DNA of 60,493 bases, filler included, from Hausera hauseri (Eukaryota): assembly GCA_046269625.1 (NCBI GenBank). It is 11 parts of 11 records of this genome, joined end to end, with 100 filler letters (N's around TTAATTAATTAA, not from the genome) between each part and the next. Parts side by side here need not be neighbours in the genome. Positions count along the whole stretch, not along the records: positions 49,389 to 56,100 come from JBJURY010072772.1; positions 56,201 to 60,493 come from JBJURY010651663.1; 9 more parts are not named here. One strand, 5' to 3'. This document shows, one piece after another, positions 50,204 through 60,493 of the stretch. Numbering within the stretch: the first letter of the stretch is position 1; each line of letters begins with the position of its first letter. The notes beneath the pieces are model-generated. The model was not told the origin of the DNA, searched no databases, and saw only the letters and a list, made by a program, of their open reading frames with translations. Both the position numbers and the translations under genes were made by a program.

Positions 50204-53200
50204 TCTTCTCCCCTTTCCATCTTTCTTTTTCTAAATAATAAACACATACACACATACACAGCATGGCATTTACACACTGCAGCCATTCATAACTTCATCT
50301 CTATCTTACTCCAATCCTCTGATTTCTACCTTACACACAACGGATCTCTAGTACCCTTAGCTGGAAGTCTACAATCTTTCTCAATCCACATTTGTCTTCA
50401 CATTCACTTCCGTATCCGCAGTGGCATGGATTCATCACCCACAATTTACACCACGGACAAACTCACTAAACAACAGATCCCTATCATTCAATTACCCAAA
50501 GAAATTGCTTCAAACACCCCTACACAACATACCCTCCTCAATCATTCACCCTGCACAAAATAATTTCTCGTTAGCCAAAATTCTACTCAAACTTGACTAA
50601 ACTGCACCAATTTTGCGTCCAATCACAAAACGTCGTAGACTCTAGCCAAAGCCATCAGCCTCTTTTTCCAAAGCCACCCCCATCAAAACTAAAATTACCA
50701 ATAAAATCGATATCCTTCATCACACTGACCCATATATATATCCAACTCTATAATGCCGTTCTCACGCTTACTGAGACATCAATCGATTTAATCATTCAAA
50801 AGCTCCTTAAAGAAAACGCCATTGGCCTTCAGAAGCCTTCTGAATTCTTGCGCACATCTTCGTCTCATCTCAACACCCCTGGCGTAACATCTGAGCATAG
50901 TCCAGAACTTCGTCGCTACTTCTTAAATGCATTGACCCTTCAAATAAGAGCCTTGCTTAACGTGGTCGAGAACTCCACGGATCTGGACAAGCTAGCCGAA
51001 CTGGCAGACAAAGCTTACAAAGTACTGCACTCACACACAGCACCAACTATCTCTGCAGCATTAAAAAGAGACCAACAACAACAAAATGAAATGCTGCAGC
51101 AACAAATTGCGCACAGAAAATGAAATATTGCAAAAATCAAATAAAAACATTAACGAAAAATAAATGAATTAGCGCTGCCTCGACGGGGTTTTTCTAAGGC
51201 TGCTTCTCTTAATGTATTTAATCAACGTCAAAGACGGTCGCTTTCGACCGCGAGGTCATGAATTTGCTACTATCATACCACATTTCGTAGCAATGCTTAA
51301 AAATGCTGCATCGGTTGTAACTTTTATTCCCCTAATTTCACTACAAGCAGCATCGTTTGCATCTACCACTCAAAATTTGACACAAAAGCACAAAAATGCA
51401 TACCTGGCTGTAGCTACAACAGACACAAAAAACCAACACTACTATGCTCATACAAAACAGTAGGCCAAACTCACCAAGTACAAAAAGCTGATTTCGCAGG
51501 TAGGAAACATGGAAAGTCCTAGCAAAGGCAACAACCTGCAAAAATATAGCCGACACATTTCCTTTGACGTATTCACGTTGGAAGCACCAATCGTCACTCC
51601 AACAAAACAAAACATTAACTTTCCCACAGACAGCGACGCAGCATTCTTTCTACTGACACCAACGCAACACATTCAAAACAAATACACTTCATAAAAGCAA
51701 CTGTTCACTGCGTCCGGTGAACCCTTACAAATTTTTGGAGTTACCACATTAACATTCACTCTCCCACACTTCACAAACATATTCACATGGAAATTTACAA
51801 TAGCTAATGTACGCACACCTATATTGGGTTCAGACTTTCTGTCCCACTACAATTTACTCGCAGATTGCAAACAATGTTGCTTAAAGAACGGAAATAATCT
51901 AAATCAAATTAGCATCATTTCGATGACCACCCCGGCGATCGCGTACAGTAAGTCAATACGAAAGAAAACGAGTTCCAATTTGAATTATTTTTATAATCAT
52001 TTATTATATAGAAATTTTTATTACGGCAATAAATGCAATATTACCAACTGCGTGACACCTACTTCTAACAGCGCAGCTGCCAACACCATCTTCAACACGA
52101 ATATCCTGCACCAAATACCACCCAGTCACAACACGTATACAACTCATACCTCAACTACATGCAGTCACGATGCATCTACATCATTGGATAACTCTCCATC
52201 GTTGCCTTCTGACTTACAGCAATATATTTCGTCTTCCTGCACGGGTCTGTTGCAAAATAACAAATCATTCGTACCACCTAAATCCACCTTCCATCATATA
52301 GTAATAGCACAGAGACCAATACGTCAAAAGGTCCATCCGTTATCGCCTCGCCGCACACAGGCAGTGGAGGCTGAGTTTCGCGAACTGGAAAATCAGAAAT
52401 AATCAAAAGATCCAAATGCCCCTGGTCTTCACCACTACATATGGTTCCAAAAAAAGATGGCACCTTTCGCCCATGCGGTGATTACCACGAACTCAATACC
52501 ATAACCACAACGGATGCCTACCTCTACAATTAATCAACAATATCCTTCACAGGCTCCATGGTACGACCATCCTTTTCTGCATTGACCTACACAAAGCATA
52601 CCATCAAATTCCGGTGGACCCAGCAGACATTCCGAAACGGCTGTCATTACACCTTTCGGCATTTTCAAATACCTCTTCATGCCTTTTGGACTCCGTAGCG
52701 CTTCCCAGACCTTCCAAAAGCATATCGATACAGTTCTTTCAGATAGACTTCGCCTATCCATATATTGATGACATCTTAATTGCATCATCTTCCTCGAAGC
52801 AGCACTCTGAACACTTACTTTTGATCTTCCATCGCTTGCACCAAAACAACTTGCAAGTCAATTTCTTTAATTGCTCCTTTTTCAACATAAGGTCAACTTC
52901 CTAGGACAAGTTATTAGCTCCTCCGGACATTCACCTCAGCAACAGCGCATCACAGAACTCAAAAACATGCAGCTACCACGTACATCAACAGAGATGCGTT
53001 CTTTCCTCGGAACCTTGCACGTTATTCATAAGTATATTCCACAGCGCTCAATTTTCATCACTAACCTCTGGCAAGAAAAAACAGACTATTCAATGGACCG
53101 CCAAGCTACTCAACGCTTTCGATCGCCTCAAAGATAATCTAAAAACCGTGGAAATCCTAGCCTATCCCGACTCCAATGCAGAACTCTTCTTAACCACGGA

Positions 53201-55520
53201 TGCATCCACAACAGCTGCAGGTGCTGTCCTCCATCAAGTCAAAAATAGATCCCATGAGCCATTAAAATTCTTTTCTCAAAAATTCACAGCACAAGAGCAA
53301 AGATATTCCACCTTTGACCGAGACTTGCTTGGAATGGTCCTTGCCGTAAAACACTTTAAGCATCTGCTAACCGCACGAACCTTTACAATACAAACGGACC
53401 ACAAGTCCCTGATCCAAATTCTCACCATGAAATCGCCTTCTCCACGTCAGGAGAGGAAAATATCGTATTTATCAACATATAATTTTGAACTTAAGCACTT
53501 AAACGGAGTCGACAATTCAGCAGCTGACATTTTGTCCCGATCGGTCAGCTCGATTGATTTTAAACCAATATTTCCTCAATCCAAACTTCAGCAAAACCAG
53601 CCACCTCCTGACATCCTTGAAGCTTTTAAATCGTGCAAAACCATCGACGGTGCGGCTTTTGACACATCCAAACCTAATAATCCTAATATCATTCTTTTTG
53701 TGTCGCTTCAAAAGGAAGCGTTCCACAGCGTACATTCGTTGCATCATCCTGATGCAAAGGCCACTTTTCGATTATTACAACGCCAAGTAGTATGGCCGTC
53801 GATGTGCTGTGACATGCAGGCGTGGGTTAGGCAGTGTGTGGCATGCCAAAAATACAAAGTTACTAAGCACCTAAAACCACAACTAAATCATTTTCACTGC
53901 ACGTCTCGTTTCGAATCTGTTCACATTGACCTCGTAGGCCCACTACCCTTAGACAACGGCAATCACTTCATCATCACAATGATGGACCGTTCCTTGCGAT
54001 GGCCAGAGGCTGTCCCGCTTCGGAGCACCAACACAGAAACAATCGCAAACGTTTTCATCCGAACTTGGATCATGAGGTTTGGATCACCTCTTCACATCAT
54101 TTCGGACGAATGTCCACAGTTCGAATCCAACCTGTTTAAAGCTTTTGTCAATCGATTGGGAATTAACCACATTCACATATCACCATATCATCCCCAAACG
54201 AACAACCTTCTCGAACGCTTTCACCGAACAATGAAAACGCCTCTTAAAATTCTTGCTGAGTCCAATCGCAGTTGGACCACACTCCATCAGTACGTTCTGT
54301 TTGGCTGGCGGAACACCATCTACTTCTGCAGGCTGTTCACCTGCAGAAGCATTATTTGTCACTTCCATCAGGTCATTATTCGAGCTGACTGAACTGGACA
54401 ATACTCCTACAGATGAAGCCATATGAGCGGCACAGAGACACTTCGTTGAGATCAGCAAAGACTCTTTCTGCAGATTGTTACACGCAAATAAACCCTACAT
54501 ACCCGACGATTTATAAACTGCCAAGTACGTTTGGCTAAATAATCAGACGCCGTGTGGTTTTCAACCTCAATATGTCGGCCCAACAAAGTAATTCGCTTAC
54601 ACTGCCACAACCTCATCATTCTCAAAGACAATAAAGAAGTAACCGTTCACATCAATAATGCTAAACCGGCTGTCTTCATCGACGATACGTCTCCCATCCA
54701 AGTCACTTCTTCAACAACATATTTATACGACGCGCAGCAATCCAACAATTCACTTTCCATCTCTGCTCAATGACTTAATCAACTTTGGCCTACGTCTTCT
54801 CCTAAAACTCCCACTTCAATTTCTTCTCACAATTTAGCCTCTTCTTCCTCCATCCGATTTTGCACCTACAAGCCTTCTCATACCTCTTTCATCCCCTCAC
54901 AACAACCTGCTTTCTCCTCTTACATTACGTCATCCATCAAACACCACTTCGACTTCACCAATCTCTCCATCTACACCTTTCATCATTCCAACCTCTTGCA
55001 CACCACCCTGCAACCACTTTCCTTTGCCGTCTTAATCTTCTCGCTCTCTTTCGTCTTGTACCTCTTCAGCGTTCTCTCTCTGTCCTTCTCTTTCCACATC
55101 TTCCTCATCTTCGGCCCTTTCCTCCCCCTTTCTCCTCACATCATCTTTTACTCCTTTCAATTCCCATTCACAACTTCCTCCTCTCTTTACCTCTTCCCCT
55201 ATCCCTTTTCCTCTCTCTGTTACTACTTCTGTCTCACCTACTTCCACTCGATCACACAATTCAATTCCAACTTCTACTCCAACTTCTCTTTCTCTTCCTT
55301 TATCCGCCACTACACCTTTCATCATTCCCCATCTAACACATTAACCATCCGTCTTCAACAATCTCTCTTCCTCCTTCGCCTTCTTCTCTTCACTCTGACT
55401 CATCTTTGCACGACAAAACAATTACAAACAAAATCTGATAATTTTTCCCCAACTTCAACCTCTGCAAACAAACAGCATAAAAACAAAACACGCGGTACCA
55501 GGACAATGTGGCAGCTACGG
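50204..55520 (+). mobile_element. Near full-length decayed Gypsy (CsRn1-like): gag-PR-RT-RH-IN plus S/T/P-rich tail; no LTR pair found
   Basis: gag QKPSEFLR..LDKLAELADK with two CX2HX9CX3C motifs; PILGSDFLSHY; PLHMVPKKDGTFRPCGDY; YIDDILIAS; LTTDASTTAAGAVL; VHIDLVGPLP; YHPQTNNLLERFHRTMK. Confidence 0.92.
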
Positions 55521-56200
55521 TATCACTACCAGCACTTACCAGATCGATAAAATTATGAATGTTATTGACATGATTCACGAATTCCGTGTAGCGAGTTTTG
55601 GTTTAGAAAAGATTAACAAAATAATCTGCAACACATTCTATAGTTTCAATTATCACTTCATCATCATCATTGGACATCCGTAGTTTCAATGTGTCAGAAA
55701 ATAAGTATTTTAATAAAGGTACTCTTGTCAAAAAGAAAACCGAATTAGCAAGAGAAATATTGCAGTTAGTTAAAAAATTGATATTTGTAGCAAATCGGAC
55801 GATTAACGGATTATCCTATTTGTACTTTACATGGAATATTATTTCCAAAATTATCTTCACCGCCAATGAGTGAAATAAAACAATTTTGTTTAAATAAGAA
55901 ATAAACAATAATCGCATTTGAATTTTGATTTTATGAATTTTCTGCTTGCCATATTGAACTTTTTTTATTCAATTGATTTTTGACTGATATGTATTACAGA
56001 ATAATTACAAATTGGTGTCAATAGTGGTTTCGATAAAACATATTTTGATACTAAAGGAAACGGAACAATTGTTGCTAGTCGAAACATTAAACCACAAATT
56101 NNNNNNNNNNNNNNNNNNNNNNNNNNNNNNNNNNNNNNNNNNNNTTAATTAATTAANNNNNNNNNNNNNNNNNNNNNNNNNNNNNNNNNNNNNNNNNNNN

Positions 56201-57410
56201 TTTGTGAGCTGTTTAATTTCAGCTTCTAAATCTATTTTGTAATTCTAAGTATATATATCATTTAGGAGAACAGAATTAAAAACATACCATTTGTCGCACA
56301 AATTGTTGAAACAACGCCATGCTATTAGCACACCTTTTTTATATCCAAGCATGAAAATTTACACAAAAGTTTTTTGGCACAAACCGACCAATCATATTGC
56401 ACCAAAATTAAGTAGGTGGGAATAGTGAATTATATTGAGTTGGTGTCATATAGACATCAGTTTCACTGTGTACTTAATGTTGTTGCCGGTGACACGCATA
56501 GTTTTTTTCTCGAGTGCCGTGGTGTTGATTTGCGAATACAGCCCCTGCCAACAATGATAGCCAATGAACAGTTGAACATTTCGAACTATGACAAGAGTGA
56601 TCCGCTGTACCCTACTCGCTTCGCTTCTGTCATAGGAAAATTTAAGGATGAGAGTAAGGGCTGTGCCCAGTATCAAGAGGGGATTTTTCTACTGCCAAAA
56701 TCTTATGCTTTCAAAACCCAAAGCAAATCTGTGCTCAAATGCAAGGGCGTAAATCTCAAGCAGACAGACTTGCAATTCGACAGCTATTTACAAGCATACG
56801 AAACCGGCTGTGGGGCCATGGTTGACCAGGAGCGAATCGGGACAAAGAATCATCAGTTGATGACTATCGGTTCAAAAAAGAAAGCGTTGGATCCATTTGA
56901 CGACAAACGTCAGTGGATTGAGAAAAACCGAAGTGACGCATATGGACAATATTAATATGTGATTATATTTTGTACATTTTAATGTCAATAAATATTTCAT
57001 TCTTACTGTGTTTGTTTTATATTGTTTTATGAACATTTATAACATACAGAAGTTAAACACATTTATGATCGAACAAATCTAGATAAAAATATTACAAATG
57101 CTCCTGTAAGAATACTACGCACAAGTAAAACATTTCATCCTTTGACAGAAAGTATTCATTCTCCAATATATTTATAAATTGGCCACAATCAATTTTCCCA
57201 CTGCATATTTCATTTGTGAGCTGTTTAATTTCAGCTTCTAAATCTATTTTGTAATTCTAAGTATATATATCATTTAGGAGAACAGAATTGAAAACATACC
57301 ATTTGTCGCACAAATTGTTGAAACAACGCAATGCTATTAGCACATCTTTATTTATATCCAACCATCAAAATTTACACAAAATTTTTTGGCACAAACCGAC
57401 CAATTAGATT
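56201..57410 (+). repeat. Direct repeat of ~200 bp (56201-56400 and 57213-57410) flanking the pPolB fragment
   Basis: tttgtgagctgtttaatttcagcttctaaatc...ggcacaaaccgaccaat occurs twice, 1012 bp apart. Confidence 0.92.
56425..56955 (+). pseudogene. Protein-primed DNA polymerase B C-terminal fragment (Polinton/adintovirus)
   Basis: AGDTHSFF (DTDS variant), IGKFKDE, LLPKSYAF, KCKGV, ALDPFDDKR..AYG; homologous to 15572-16110. Confidence 0.9.
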
Positions 57411-57534
57411 ACGCTTACCGCGAAATTTAAACAAAAGGAGTGGGGATAATGAAACCACGATTAGGCCAGAAAATGCTTTTTTCACTGACAAAATCCCCGA
57501 CCAATCGGATTACACCAAAATTAAAACAAAGAAA

Positions 57535-57745
57535 TTTTTTACTCACGAGATTTAAATTTCTACACGTACCTAAAAACCATGCAGTACATGTGCTTGTGTG
57601 TATCAGTTATGCAACTGTCTTCTATCTCCACCCTATTAATCGTGTATGTGTATAGTTTTTTCTACCCCATGACTCATCCTCAAACCACTTCGTTTCTTTT
57701 CTTCCCTGGAGAGGGATTGGCCTCATGCACTTCTTTCCTACTACT
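57535..57745 (-). repeat. Polinton-like terminal repeat, copy 2, ending ...ACTACT at 57745
   Basis: Reverse complement of the 15250-15430 block; the minus strand starts AGTAGTAGG. Confidence 0.75.
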
Positions 57746-58379
57746 TACGATAACGGTTAACAAATAAAAAATGACACTAATTTAGACCATATATACATAT
57801 AGCAATAAAAATGATCACATTACGACAATTGAAATGACACACTTAAAAAGAAAATATCTACAAAAAAGGATGTAAAAACTCAATTACCGTTCAAAACGAT
57901 CAATTTCCTTCAATAAACAAGGAATTGGTTTGAAAATTTGAATTTAAAACAAAAATCAATGCTAAAAATCCGTTAATTAATTCAAAATGACAACAAAACT
58001 AACAACTGGAAAATAAAATACGATAACTGTTAACAAATAAAAAATAACACACATCCAGTTATAACTTCTAAACACTTTTACGAATTAAAGCTTTTTAAAT
58101 TTGTGTCTCTCTTTTGGTACATTACCGGTATTTATAGTTTTGTTTTGTTTTCAAAAAGTCGGACTATCCTCTGTTATATAAACCTGATGGATATTCATGA
58201 TTATATCTAATCGAATAACAAACTCACTGAATTCGTGAAATAATTGAAGTTTATAAATTCAAACGAAGTTAATCATCAAACGTTTACAATAATTTGCAAA
58301 AAATATGAAAACTTCTAAGTTTCTAAACAAGAGCCTCTTCTATTAACATATTTTACACACCAGGCAATGACAGTCACTC

Positions 58380-58772
58380 ATTTTGCTGCATAACCTCGGC
58401 TATGCGACGACCCTGACAATACTGTGGGCTAATTTCCGAGACCCAGACAAGTTTGATTATTTGTTTCAGGTCTTTAATGTTGCTTGGCCGATGTTTCTGA
58501 ATACGCTTCTCCATAACTTTATGGGCCAATCGAGAACGGTGACATTGTTGGCTTTAAACCAAACTGGTTCCCCGAATATCCATAATAGATTTTAATTTAC
58601 TTTATCATTTGACTTTTCGGGATAAAATGCAGAGCTCCTCGCCCTGAACTTGCAATTGAGCCCCACACCATAATGCGTAGATGGGGTTGTATTTTTGAGA
58701 CAAAGGTCTGCGAACATACTGATAATAGCTGCCATATTGCTACACGATGGTTTCATCTGAAAACATGACTTG
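58380..58772 (-). mobile_element. Tc1/mariner transposase remnant with internal deletions
   Basis: VMFSDET..QYVRRP, MVWGSIASSGRGALHF, WFKANNVTVLDWP, PSNIKDLKQIIKLVWVSEISPQYC, RRIAEV. Confidence 0.8.
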
Positions 58773-58886
58773 TTAACAATGATTAATAATGTTATAATAA
58801 TTGTTAATAATGTAATGAATGGATCACGTTTGACGAGCAAACAAATTCGGCTTTACAATATTGGTGTTGAATGAGTTGGTCCTCAT

Positions 58887-58983
58887 TGTGGTGCCCACGG
58901 CGGCCGGTGCCCTTTGGCCTATTTGGTCGGGCGCGGCTGGGCGTCCGTTGCCGCCGCGTCGGGCCCGATCTTCCGCCTCGAAA
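58887..58983 (+). repeat. GC-rich TGT-initiated dispersed repeat, copy A
   Basis: TGTGGTGCCCACGGCGGCCGGTGCCCTTTGGCC...GGGCCCGATCTTCCGCCTC. Confidence 0.9.
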
Positions 58984-59030
58984 TGTCAATCGTTATTTCA
59001 TTTCCAAAGATCGGACGCAAGTTATTTTAA

Positions 59031-59135
59031 GTGAAACCGCGAGTTCTTATTATGAACAAAATTGATTTAATCCCAAAAAATGAAATCGGAAATGTTAGAA
59101 ATGCATTAATGAAACAAAATTCCGAATTAGATTCT
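59031..59135 (+). pseudogene. Short fragment resembling an MTG1/YlqF-family GTPase G4 region
   Basis: KPRVLIMNKIDLIP (NKxD motif in a KP..L.LNK.DL context); no other G motifs seen. Confidence 0.4.
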
Positions 59136-60355
59136 GAAATCTATATGAAATCTGAAACTCAGGATCCAATTCGAGCATCTTTATTAAATCTCTTTGATGG
59201 CAATATCGAGCCAGACTCCGACAACATTCTCATTCGACGAGCCATCAATTTATCCAAATCAGATATCGAGATCTCCAATTTTAGATGAACAGAAGACCAA
59301 AGTCGAGCAGTAGAACAAGCAATTAGAGTGAATATCTGGAAATTACCATCGAAGAATAATTTGATTTTATCTGCAAATTACTGCCTTTACCCGAGATATT
59401 TCACCAACATCGAATGGCAAAAAATAATCCATTAGAAACAAACTAACGTTTCCTTAGTTTAAATGAATTTTCTATGAACAGTATTTTTGCAAAATATCAC
59501 GAGTTCGATTTTGAAACTTCCAAGTAAAATTGATTCATCCGAAGAACAGAATGTCATTCAATGGTTAGAAAGCTTTGTTAAATCAAGTATAATAGACAGA
59601 CGTAAAGGAAATTATCTAAGTCGTTTACACACTTCCCAGACTTTATCCGATCAAATTTCCGAAATTTACAGATATTATAAATTGACTCCAGCCGATTTAA
59701 AATTAAGATTAGCATATGCGTCAAACATCGGAAGCTATGGCAAATATATTTTTCCGAGAGCTACTTTAAGATTAATGTTAAAGTCATCACTGATATTCAA
59801 AATTGAGAAGAGTCTGTCATTTCGTTAAGAAAAATCCTCAATCGAACCCAAAGGCTATAACGAAAATTTTCTCAGTCCGTTGTATATAATTGCACTTTTC
59901 CTATCTGCCACTACACCGACGATGTATTAAAAATGAACGTTGACATTTCTACTATTACCGATACAACATCGGAGATGTGCGATATTTTGAAACAAGTTTA
60001 TTTGAGCGTCGGCGTTATTCGACAATGTCCTCATCTGCAATTCATCGATTTTTAAAATCGCTGCTCTGTTGCTATTTTATCTACGAACGAAACCGGATTT
60101 AGTCATGTCGTGGAGAGACCCGGCGCCAATGATTCGGGAAAAAGTGACATCTGATGATGAAGAGCCGAGTATGAACACGAACTACAGAACTATTAGGACA
60201 TACGTCGGATTTCCATCAAATTATCATACGATGAGTGCAGCTGAACAGAAATTAAATAATACGATAAATGAACCAACGGGTAGAATATTTATCCGAAGAT
60301 TTCTACACAAAAACAATTTAAACAATAAAAAAACAATTACCAAACGTTATCGGGC

Positions 60356-60493
60356 AATAGTAGGGGGAAGAGAGCACACCAAACCAACCCCCCCCCCGCG
60401 GAGAAAATATTTGATATGGTTCGCGGATGAGTCATGGGATAGAAAAAATGATACACACATACACGATTAATATGACGGAGATAGGAGACACAC
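60356..60493 (+). repeat. Polinton-like terminal repeat, copy 3, truncated by the window end
   Basis: AATAGTAGGGGGAAG...cccccccgcggagaaaatat..gcggatgagtcatgggatagaaaaa matches 15250-15350. Confidence 0.75.

Noticed and set aside
49574-50563. 329-aa ORF as a helicase-gag fusion protein
   Set aside because: It has a non-ATG start and an internally deleted DHX9 piece, and reads through GC-rich repeat and UTR-like sequence. Chance openness is more likely.
54860-55550. Leu/Phe-rich ORFs that look like membrane proteins (also 17667-18023)
   Set aside because: Alternative frames of C/T-rich low-complexity sequence.
59911-59925. YTDD motif suggesting a reverse transcriptase
   Set aside because: No other RT motifs; short frame bounded by stops.
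57535-60493. Two inverted Polinton termini as the ends of one small element
   Set aside because: Their AGT ends face each other (57745 and 60356), so the DNA between them lies outside both. They are two separate insertions.

Overview
This is eukaryotic (invertebrate-type, AT-rich) DNA, not one locus. It is 11 contigs joined by artificial 100-nt linkers (N44-TTAATTAATTAA-N44), so nothing can be inferred across a linker. Most of it is decayed mobile DNA: several Ty3/Gypsy retrotransposon pieces, Polinton/adintovirus-like pieces (pPolB, major capsid protein, adenain-like protease, AGTAGT-type termini), Tc1, Chapaev-like and LINE remnants, satellites and a foldback element. Host genes are few: an intact intronless DCPS overlapped by an upstream GEMIN7-like ORF, a spliced secreted-peptide precursor gene, and fragments resembling MEX3, DHX9, ATAD5 and MTG1. 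The best candidates for something new are: (1) a Gypsy element with a chuvirus-like glycoprotein placed upstream of, and in frame with, protease-RT; (2) a precursor gene in which each repeated phase-0 exon encodes one amidated, anionic, amphipathic peptide; (3) GEMIN7-DCPS ORFs overlapping at ATGAATGA; (4) GC-rich TGT-initiated termini that each lead into a different host-gene fragment. All family assignments come from manual translation and motif recognition; no searches were run.
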